DNA from: Halomicrobium mukohataei DSM 12286
Lineage (GTDB): Archaea > Halobacteriota > Halobacteria > Halobacteriales > Haloarculaceae
DNA: 32,000 nt
Reading direction: 5' to 3'
Assembly: GCF_000023965.1 (NCBI RefSeq)
Contig: NC_013202.1
Span: forward strand, 1,500,001-1,532,000
The position numbers were made by a program, and so were the translations under genes. A model generated the notes under the pieces. The model did no database searches, was not told the origin of the DNA, and worked only from the letters and a program-made list of their open reading frames with translations. This document shows, piece by piece, positions 1 to 5,807 of the stretch; position 1 is the first letter of the stretch, and each line of letters opens with the position of its first letter.

Positions 1-180
1 CGTGTGATCAAGATACTCGCGGAGGCCGTGAATCGCCACGATCACCCAATCTGCGTAGCCGTTTTCTCCTTCTTCGTACGCTGGATCTGGTTCGCCGACG
101 ACGGCTTTTTGAGCAAGCGAGACAACCCGATCAGTGAAGCGGGCGAGTTTGCTGGACACAAACTCGTCTTCCCGCTTCAC
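1..180 (-). CDS. 5' part of an IS-type transposase gene (haloarchaeal IS5/ISH8-like N-terminus) that continues past the left window edge
   Basis: I translated the minus strand by hand from GTG at 180-178, with an in-frame TAG at 186-184 just upstream. This gives 60 open codons to the edge: VKREDEFVSSKLARFTDRVVSLAQKAVVGEPDPAYEEGENGYADWVIVAIHGLREYLDHT. The pattern RFT..VVSLAQ...GYADW.IV..H.LR.YLD matches my recollection of ISH8-type IS5-family transposase N-termini. It is absent from the ORF track because it has no stop in the window. The family call is from memory only. Confidence 0.45.
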   Translation of the reverse strand, partial: MKREDEFVSSKLARFTDRVVSLAQKAVVGEPDPAYEEGENGYADWVIVAIHGLREYLDHT

Positions 181-323
181 TCCCTAGTAAGTTAGACATT
201 TAGCCGCTCTTACTAGCGTCTAAACACGCCCCATCATTCCACAATTCAGGAGCTCACGCAAATACACGGTGATCTTTTAATTAACTTCCCTACAATTGCA
301 GTTCGTAGGACAGCTGGAGCAGA

Positions 324-331
324 TTATAAAA
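324..331 (+). promoter_or_regulatory. TATA-box-like element TTATAAAA upstream of, or overlapping the start of, the small ORF
   Basis: ATTATAAAAC at 323-332 recurs at 2053-2062 in front of the second radical-SAM gene. It lies only 6 nt before ATG 337. If it is the promoter, the TSS would fall near 355 and the first in-frame ATG would be 406. An alternative AT-rich box, TTTTAATTAA at 275-284, would fit ATG 337. Confidence 0.3.
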
Positions 332-336
332 CAAGC

Positions 337-681
337 ATGAATAATTTTTATGGGAATGCCTCATGGGAAGCCGCAAACAGTGATGATGAATTTCGGACAA
401 TCTATATGTCCCGTCTTGCTGAAACCGGTCGACCGGTTCAAGAATATATACCAGTTCGCAGTGGAGGACAATTCTTCTATGATATGATCTACTGCACAAG
501 ACAAACCAAAGGCGGGAGTCCCTATATACAGGTCTTAGAAGACATGAAGGAGAAAATCGAACAACTGACCGGTGAAGATGTAGAGCGGATTCTTCGGTTT
601 ATGCGAGGAGAACAGACTAGTCTGGATCTTTTCGATCAGGGAGACGACCAACAGACTGGTTTAGGAGACTTCATGGATTAG
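337..681 (+). CDS. Small hypothetical protein (114 aa, or 91 aa from ATG 406) with two C-terminal PIP-box-like motifs
   Basis: ATG ORF lying 51 nt upstream of, and on the same strand as, the radical-SAM gene. The C-terminal tail reads EQTSLDLFDQGDDQQTGLGDFMD*. This contains QTSLDLF (nt 613-633) and QTGLGDFM (nt 652-675), which fit Q-x-x-L-x-x-F. I recognise no other domain. Confidence 0.55.
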   Translation: MNNFYGNASWEAANSDDEFRTIYMSRLAETGRPVQEYIPVRSGGQFFYDMIYCTRQTKGGSPYIQVLEDMKEKIEQLTGEDVERILRFMRGEQTSLDLFDQGDDQQTGLGDFMD

Positions 682-732
682 CTAAGTCCATACTCTTACT
701 AGGCCTCGGAGGATACGGTCAATCAAGTAATC

Positions 733-2004
733 ATGAGGCTTCATCACCAAAGGGACCAAACACAGATAGAGATTCTCCATCAAGGAGAGTCTGTAGAAAC
801 TTTCAATCAAACTCCAAAGCTGGACACTCTGCGTGAGTGTAGCAAAAATGTGGGCAAACCTTTAGAGCGAATTGATTTGTGGGATAGGGGATTATTTTGT
901 GGTCACTGCGAGGAACCCATTACTGATCGGTTTAGTGCTGATATTAACGGAAATCTACTTTGTTGGGATTGTGCCATGAATATCGACGCTGAAAGCGATC
1001 AGAGAGGAGTTTCACAAACCACTGATCCCACGAAGGCCGTTCTTTCGAACTCCGCGCTTCATCACAAAAATCTCTGTAACTACGTGATCAACGTGGCCAC
1101 TGGATGCACTCACGGATGCAAATTCTGCTACGTTCCTTCAACACCGAATATTAAGACCCGAGGAGATATGCTCAAAGAAAGAGCAGATGTAGAAGATAGT
1201 CAACGGGAATGGGGAAGCTACCTATTATACCGCGACGATCTCCCCGAACGCCTTGCTCGCAAACTAGACCGAAAGCAGAAGTGGGAAAATGAAGACGGTG
1301 GCCGCGGTGTCGTCATGATTTCCAGCGGAACAGACTGCTATCAGGATCGTCGGGCCGCTCAGATCACCCGGGGTTGTGTTATCGAACTCGTCAATCATGG
1401 GCGTCCGGTTCGCATACTCACTCGGAGTCCCGCTGTCGTACGTGACCTAGATGTGTTCAAAGCCGCAGATGGGCTGGTAACTGTCGGATCGTTGATCCCG
1501 TGCCTTGATGACGAACAGGTTCGATCTATCGAACCCGGCGCACCAGCTCCATCCACACGACTCAATGCTCTCGAAGAGATCAGCAATGCTGGTGTCCCAG
1601 TTTACGTTTCGATGTCCCCAACGTATCCGACACAGGACCGCGAAGACCTTCGTGAGCAGCTACGGATATTCAAAGAGCGCCTTGATCCTGATGTCGTATT
1701 CCACGAACCGATCAACCCACGTGGAGGCAACTTCGAGATGACTGTTCAGGCCGCTCGTGACGCAGGACAGGAAGAACTGGCCAATGAACTCGAAAAACTC
1801 CGAGACCGAGACAACTGGATCGAGTACTCGAAGCGTCAACTTACCGCTGTAGAGGAGATCGGCGAAGAACTCGATATTCCGATTCATCTTTGGCCGGATA
1901 AGCAGTTCGTAAAGTACGTGAAAGAGGGTAAAGAGCACTTCAAACGCCAGATCGAAAAGAACGACTCGCCAGAAGATTACCCACTCGGCCCAACCTCTGC
2001 CTAA
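733..2004 (+). CDS. Radical-SAM protein (SplB/COG1533 'DNA repair photolyase'-like) with an N-terminal CxxC...CxxC zinc-ribbon; paralog A
   Basis: 423-aa ATG ORF. The CX3CX2C triad is GCTHGCKFCY (C125/C129/C132, nt 1105-1128). The zinc-ribbon-like motif is CGHC-x17-CWDC (nt 898-972). Downstream blocks are SSGTDCYQD, RILTRSP and IEPGAPAP, followed by a C-terminal VVFHEPINPRG. Long identical blocks are shared with the next gene. Confidence 0.85.
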   Translation: MRLHHQRDQTQIEILHQGESVETFNQTPKLDTLRECSKNVGKPLERIDLWDRGLFCGHCEEPITDRFSADINGNLLCWDCAMNIDAESDQRGVSQTTDPTKAVLSNSALHHKNLCNYVINVATGCTHGCKFCYVPSTPNIKTRGDMLKERADVEDSQREWGSYLLYRDDLPERLARKLDRKQKWENEDGGRGVVMISSGTDCYQDRRAAQITRGCVIELVNHGRPVRILTRSPAVVRDLDVFKAADGLVTVGSLIPCLDDEQVRSIEPGAPAPSTRLNALEEISNAGVPVYVSMSPTYPTQDREDLREQLRIFKERLDPDVVFHEPINPRGGNFEMTVQAARDAGQEELANELEKLRDRDNWIEYSKRQLTAVEEIGEELDIPIHLWPDKQFVKYVKEGKEHFKRQIEKNDSPEDYPLGPTSA

Positions 2005-2053
2005 ATCACGTCGACGGCTTTAGTTTCACTTTCACTCCGGCATCTCCTCGATA

Positions 2054-2061
2054 TTATAAAA
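2054..2061 (+). promoter_or_regulatory. TATA-box-like element TTATAAAA for radical-SAM paralog B
   Basis: ATTATAAAAC at 2053-2062 matches the element at 323-332. It is centred about 37 nt upstream of ATG 2094. Assuming a typical archaeal TATA-to-TSS spacing, this favours ATG 2094 with a short leader over the GTG at 2067. Confidence 0.35.
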
Positions 2062-2093
2062 CTAGGGTGTCAAGTCATCAGTGGGACCCACCT

Positions 2094-3365
2094 ATGAAAC
2101 TAGAAACTGAGCGGGACCCTGACGGCGGCTGGTACGATCGGTTTGTCCAGCTCGTCGATGATCAAGGGCACGTCGTCGAGGAATTCGGGAAAAATCCAAC
2201 GCTCAACGAGCTTCGGGAAGCAGAGCGCCGCCACAGCACTCGAATCAACCTCTGGCAACAGGGTCTCGTTTGTGACGAATGTGGGAATCAAATTAACGAG
2301 CGATTCAGCGCTCGACAGGACGGACATCTTCTGTGCTGGGACTGTGCTACCAGCTCGGAAAGTCACGAACAGGGTGGGCTACGAATTAACGCGGACCCGA
2401 CTAAGAGCGTTCTGAGTGAATCGAAGCTCCACAAAAAGAGCCTCTGTGACTACGTGATTAACGTCGCAACGGGCTGCCGTCACGGGTGTAAGTTCTGCTA
2501 TGTTCCATCGACACCAGCGGTCGACAACCGCGATGAAATGCTCGATGACCGTGCCGATGTCGACGACCCACAGCAAGACTGGGGTGACTACCTGCTCTAC
2601 CGTGACGATCTCCCCGAGCGTGTTCAGCGAGGACTAGAGGAAACTGACTTCCAGAACTGGAAGACCACCGACCGTGGGCGGGGTATCGTCATGCTCTCCA
2701 GCGGGACAGACTGCTACCAGGACCGACGGGCCGCACAGATCACACGCGGTTGTGTTCATGAACTCATCGAGCATGATATCCCGACTCGGATACTCACCCG
2801 CAGTCCGAACGTTACCCGCGACATCGACCTTTTCAAACAGGCCAATGGGTCTCTCACTGTAGGGTCCTCCATCCCGAGTTTCGATACATCCTTGATTAGT
2901 GTCCTTGAGCCAAACGCCCCTCCACCTATGGCTCGATGGGAGGCACTGAACGAATTGTTCAAAGCTGGAGTCCCGCGCTTCGTATCGTTCTCGCCCACCT
3001 ATCCGACGATGGGTCGGGAGGATATTCACGAGGCACTTAGCTGGTTCTCCGCCATTGATCCCGAAGTGGTCTTCCACGAGCCAATAAACCCTCGTGGGAT
3101 CAATTTCGAAATGTGTATCGAGGCACTGGAGGACGAGGGATTAGAGTCTGAAGCGGACGAATTCCGAAAACTGCAGCGTCAAGGGAAATGGGTGGATTAC
3201 GCGCTCGACCAGATCGAAATGGTTCGCGACGTAGCAACTCATTTCGAGAATATTACTATCCATACCTGGCCCGGTCGTGATCTGATTGAGGCAACTAACG
3301 GCACTCAGCAAAGGAAATTCAAGCAGATGCGTCGACAGATATCCCCAGAACCGTTTGCGGAGTAG
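2094..3365 (+). CDS. Radical-SAM protein (SplB/COG1533-like) with an N-terminal zinc-ribbon; paralog B
   Basis: The ORF track starts at GTG 2067. I prefer the in-frame ATG 2094 (MKLETERD...) because of the TATA-like box at 2054-2061. The triad is GCRHGCKFCY (nt 2475-2498) and the zinc-ribbon-like motif is CDEC-x17-CWDC. Blocks identical to paralog A: YVINVATGC.HGCKFCYVPSTP, YLLYRDDLPER, SSGTDCYQDRRAAQITRGCV, VVFHEPINPRG.NFEM. Confidence 0.85.
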   Translation: MKLETERDPDGGWYDRFVQLVDDQGHVVEEFGKNPTLNELREAERRHSTRINLWQQGLVCDECGNQINERFSARQDGHLLCWDCATSSESHEQGGLRINADPTKSVLSESKLHKKSLCDYVINVATGCRHGCKFCYVPSTPAVDNRDEMLDDRADVDDPQQDWGDYLLYRDDLPERVQRGLEETDFQNWKTTDRGRGIVMLSSGTDCYQDRRAAQITRGCVHELIEHDIPTRILTRSPNVTRDIDLFKQANGSLTVGSSIPSFDTSLISVLEPNAPPPMARWEALNELFKAGVPRFVSFSPTYPTMGREDIHEALSWFSAIDPEVVFHEPINPRGINFEMCIEALEDEGLESEADEFRKLQRQGKWVDYALDQIEMVRDVATHFENITIHTWPGRDLIEATNGTQQRKFKQMRRQISPEPFAE

Positions 3366-3396
3366 CGAATAAACAAGAGCGGTAGAAAACGTCGTT

Positions 3397-3693
3397 CTAA
3401 TCGTCGTCGCCCTTGTACGCCCCTTCGCGCTTCCGAATGCTCTCGACTCGGAGCATCTTCGAATCACGCATAAGCCGACAGCCGAGACGATATCCACCGA
3501 CACGAAGTTTCTGAAACGGCGAGTTCGTCAGCGGTTCGAGAAAGTCGTCGGGATCGCGCCACTCGGAGGTGACGACTTCTTCCAGTTTGTCGATGATCCG
3601 CTGCTGGCTATCGCTCCCCAACTGTGAGAACTGGTTTTCAGCCCGCGGCGAGAATTCCCAGTCCCACCCGTCGTTACTCGTCGTCGGACCCAT
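3397..3693 (-). CDS. Type II toxin, RelE/ParE family
   Basis: I trimmed the track ORF 3397-3780 to the ATG at 3693: MGPTTSNDGWDWEFSPRAENQFSQL...QKLRVGGYRLGCRLMRDSKMLRVESIRKREGAY. The W.W.FS..A...L and LRVG.YRL....I..R..aY pattern is typical of RelE/ParE toxins. It overlaps the upstream RHH gene by 20 nt (3674-3693). Confidence 0.8.
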   Translation of the reverse strand: MGPTTSNDGWDWEFSPRAENQFSQLGSDSQQRIIDKLEEVVTSEWRDPDDFLEPLTNSPFQKLRVGGYRLGCRLMRDSKMLRVESIRKREGAYKGDDD

Positions 3694-3961
3694 ACTTCGC
3701 TTTGATGTCGTCGCTCGAAATGCCGTCACCCTCGTCGAACTGCGCTTCGCTGATCGCGATGTCCTTCCACACGCCCGCACCCTCGGGGTGGTTCACTGAA
3801 TCACGGAGCGCGTAGCGGATGAACTCGCTACGGCTGTTGAAGCCTCGCTCACGCCACGTCTCGTCGACCACGTCGAGGAACGACCGCGAGATTCGGAGGT
3901 TGATCCGGTCGATCTCAGGATCAGGGTCGTTTGAGTCGGCTTCTGACATACGCCTGTACAT
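3674..3961 (-). CDS. Type II antitoxin, ribbon-helix-helix (CopG/RHH) family
   Basis: RINLRISRSFLDVVDETWRERGFNSRSEFIRYALRD is a classic RHH strand-helix-helix. It lies directly upstream of, and overlapping, the RelE-like gene. Start is ambiguous: GTG 3970 (track), ATG 3961 (used here) or ATG 3949. Confidence 0.8.
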   Translation of the reverse strand: MYRRMSEADSNDPDPEIDRINLRISRSFLDVVDETWRERGFNSRSEFIRYALRDSVNHPEGAGVWKDIAISEAQFDEGDGISSDDIKAKYGSDDE

Positions 3962-3982
3962 CTGTTGCACTCACACAAAACG

Positions 3983-4141
3983 CTACCGCCACTTGCTCTC
4001 GACACTCGTTCGATACCGTAACCCGATCACGCTCGTGTTGAACCGCTGGATCGTCTCGGGGTCCAGTTCCCCACGCGCGTCGTCGATGTTCTCCTCGCTC
4101 TCGGCGAGGTGCGTCGGCGCTGCATCGAGCACGTCGGACAT
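3983..4141 (-). CDS. Possible 52-aa acidic ORF between the membrane-protein gene and the TA pair
   Basis: Hand translation from ATG 4141-4139 to TAG 3985-3983 gives MSDVLDAAPTHLAESEENIDDARGELDPETIQRFNTSVIGLRYRTSVESKWR. It is below the track length cutoff. Third codon positions are GC-rich and the composition is acidic, as in genuine coding sequence here. I recognise no homology. Confidence 0.2.
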   Translation of the reverse strand: MSDVLDAAPTHLAESEENIDDARGELDPETIQRFNTSVIGLRYRTSVESKWR

Positions 4142-4217
4142 CGGCGAGTCGTCGTGGGGCTCACTGGCGACGATGCGCTGGCCTCGTCGAGGAGTCGTGG
4201 CCGTTCGTCGGTGACCT

Positions 4218-4916
4218 TCAGGTGTGGACTTTTCTCGAAATGTACGACACTAGCCGAATATACATCGTGGTGATAATTGCTGCTGAAGCGCCCGAGAGTA
4301 ATGATATCACTGCAGCATCTGGAGCCCTCCACTTTCCGATGGCACCGATCGGTCTCTCAACCACAGCTGGTGTAATCAACACTTGGATGAGAGAATAAGC
4401 GTGGATAATGACGAACACGATGCCGCCAAAAAACAATATAGACAAAATTGTGGTGAATATGGCTCGAAATGCGCGCTTAGCTGTTTCAGAGTCTCTGCCA
4501 AAAATTTCGAAACGTGAGAGTTGTTCGATTGCCACTTTTGAGCCGCTGTCAATGACAAAGCCACCCAAAGCGACCAATATCCCCAAGATGATCCCTGCCG
4601 AAAGACGAGGCGAGAACTCTCTTGCGGGAACTGCGTCAAGATCTACCAGCAACTGAACCCAGGATTTGCTCAATTCGACTGAAAAGAAAAACCCGACAAC
4701 GGCAAGAATAGAGATTAGTGCCGCCCCCTGAATGCCGGAGACTGAGATCTTTGATCTCCAAGAAGTCGTCTCTGAACGTTCCTCTGATCCGTTTACATCA
4801 CCTTCTGGACGCTCCGAAACCACGAGTATCAGAAACCCCAGCGTGATGAGCCCCCATCCGACTAATTTGGCGTCGATAATTGAATTCGTAGAGTCGTCTG
4901 ATCTCACAGTGAACAC
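4218..4916 (-). CDS. Multi-pass membrane protein of unknown function, low GC
   Basis: 232-aa ORF with a GTG start at 4916. It has several long hydrophobic segments: LVGWGLITLGFLILVV, GAALISILAVVGFFF, AGIILGILVALGGFVI and FTTILSILFFGGIVFVIIHA. An AT-rich TATA-like box lies about 30 nt upstream. I recognise no family. Confidence 0.7.
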   Translation of the reverse strand: MFTVRSDDSTNSIIDAKLVGWGLITLGFLILVVSERPEGDVNGSEERSETTSWRSKISVSGIQGAALISILAVVGFFFSVELSKSWVQLLVDLDAVPAREFSPRLSAGIILGILVALGGFVIDSGSKVAIEQLSRFEIFGRDSETAKRAFRAIFTTILSILFFGGIVFVIIHAYSLIQVLITPAVVERPIGAIGKWRAPDAAVISLLSGASAAIITTMYIRLVSYISRKVHT

Positions 4917-4942
4917 AGCGTATATTCCCGTCAGATAGACTC

Positions 4943-4950
4943 TTATATAT
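4943..4950 (-). promoter_or_regulatory. TATA-like box (ATATATAA on the minus strand) for the membrane-protein gene
   Basis: It is centred about 31 nt upstream of the GTG at 4916, which is compatible with a leaderless or near-leaderless transcript. Confidence 0.3.
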
Positions 4951-5032
4951 CACTCATGTCTGCATCGAACGTTCTCTGAGTGATGCTACAAGTCTGATCG
5001 TTGGCTTTCGTGGCTCGGTACTTTCTGGGAGA

Positions 5033-5117
5033 TATAGTAGCCATCGAAAATCAATACACACCCGATCGCACGACAGCAGTGCGATCGGGTGTGTAAATCG
5101 TTTCAATTGTTACTATA
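5033..5117 (+). mobile_element. 85-bp self-complementary MITE-like element, copy A
   Basis: Sequence: TATAGTAGCCATCGAAAATCAATACACACCCGATCGCACGACAGCAGTGCGATCGGGTGTGTAAATCGTTTCAATTGTTACTATA. The termini are inverted (TATAGTA.C ... G.TACTATA). The core is a perfect 16-bp stem, ACACACCCGATCGCAC / GTGCGATCGGGTGTGT, around a 7-nt loop. The reverse complement of 18367-18450 is nearly identical. Confidence 0.8.
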
Positions 5118-5258
5118 ATACCTCGCGCTGGGAACGGCGTCGCTGGTTCTGGTGACTGGACTGAACTCCCTAGCGCGCAGGAAGTCGTCGCCGGCACCGC
5201 CGCGTCCGGGCTCGTCGTCGAGGCCCCGAACGACTACGTCAGCAGCTACACGGGGTGA
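5118..5258 (+). pseudogene. Possible 3' remnant of a disrupted gene abutting the MITE
   Basis: The frame is open from inside the element to TGA 5256-5258: ...PRAGNGVAGSGDWTELPSAQEVVAGTAASGLVVEAPNDYVSSYTG*. It has strong GC3 bias and acidic haloarchaeal-like composition but no start codon. It could equally be a chance open frame in GC-rich DNA. Confidence 0.2.
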
Positions 5259-5559
5259 TCCCGATGCGACTGGCTACCCTCATAGCTACGGGCTGGTCGG
5301 CGTCATCGCGGGTGTCCGCCTCGGGACAGGCCGGACGTGGCTCGTCGCTGTCGGAGTCTTGCCGGTGCAGCGTGTCGGCGGTCGCGCGCCGGCTCACAGC
5401 CACGTACCTCTGGCTAACGAGAACCGACAGAGGGCAGGGTGGCCAACTGGATTCCAGTGGCACTCGGATTTTATACGACTCTTCTCAGATCGCCAAGTGC
5501 GAGAATCCGAGCGTCTTCGAGGCTGTAATTGCGATTCCCCAGCGGTCAACGATCGTGCG

Positions 5560-5564
5560 AAAAA
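5560..5564 (-). terminator. Oligo-T tract (T5 on the minus strand) immediately 3' of tRNA-Ile
   Basis: The minus strand reads ...GGCCCA TTCG TTTTT. An oligo-T run a few nt after a tRNA is the usual archaeal termination signal. Confidence 0.45.
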
Positions 5565-5568
5565 CGAA

Positions 5569-5642
5569 TGGGCCGACGCGGATTTGAACCGCGAACCTCC
5601 CGGTTATCAGCCGAGCGCTCAACCTGATTGAGCTACCGGCCC
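5569..5642 (-). tRNA. tRNA-Ile (anticodon GAU)
   Basis: Minus strand: GGGCCGGTAGCTCAATCAGGTTGAGCGCTCGGCTGATAACCGGGAGGTTCGCGGTTCAAATCCGCGTCGGCCCA. It folds as a cloverleaf: acceptor GGGCCGG/TCGGCCC (one G-U), D stem GCTC/GAGC, anticodon stem CTCGG/CCGGG with loop CTGATAA, and T arm CGCGG-TTCAAAT-CCGCG. CCA is not encoded. Confidence 0.95.
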
Positions 5643-5762
5643 GAGCGAGTGCATCCGAGTGTACCCGAGGGGTACTGTTAAACGTTACTTTTCGGGGGCG
5701 GAGTGTGGGTCGACACCACGCCTGTCGTCGTTCCGTTGGGTCATTGTGTCACGATCGTCGCC

Positions 5763-5788
5763 GGGACGGAGTGGCGCGACTCCGTCCC
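5763..5788 (-). terminator. Perfect 10-bp hairpin 20 nt downstream of the fxsA-like stop
   Basis: GGGACGGAGT-ggcgcg-ACTCCGTCCC. It lies between the 3' end of the minus-strand gene (stop at 5808-5810) and the tRNA promoter region. Its function is inferred from position only. Confidence 0.3.
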
Positions 5789-5807
5789 AGACCGGTGGTC
5801 GGCAGTC

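Larger units (their letters stand above)
1..5032. mobile_element. Putative horizontally acquired low-GC island; the left boundary lies outside the window and the right boundary is at the MITE-like element
   Basis: There is a sharp compositional break. Hand-counted 60-nt lines give 38% GC (301-360), 50% (1081-1140) and 47% (4441-4500), against 70% at 7021-7080. Contents are typical of accessory DNA: an IS transposase fragment, a TA pair, orphan genes and a MITE at the edge. tRNA-Ile lies about 450 bp beyond the edge with its 3' end facing the island. No integrase or att repeat was seen in the window. Confidence 0.5.

Noticed and set aside
216-701. 10-bp direct repeat CTCTTACTAG on both sides of the small ORF (about 216 and about 692), plus scrambled inverted 7-8-mers at 184-233
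   Set aside because: Repeats of 10 bp are expected many times by chance in 32 kb. The 184-233 pieces are not arranged as a simple hairpin. They may belong to the IS terminus, but I cannot define inverted repeats from one end.
5239-5463. 74-aa minus-strand ORF in the MITE-tRNA gap
   Set aside because: It has some GC3 bias and an acidic patch. However, it has no recognisable fold or motif, a Cys/Pro-rich odd composition and no promoter-like element. It is left unannotated and mentioned only under the gap finding.
5152-5631. 159-aa plus-strand ORF next to the MITE
   Set aside because: It runs through tRNA-Ile on the opposite strand. It is basic and Arg/Pro-rich, unlike the acidic proteome here.
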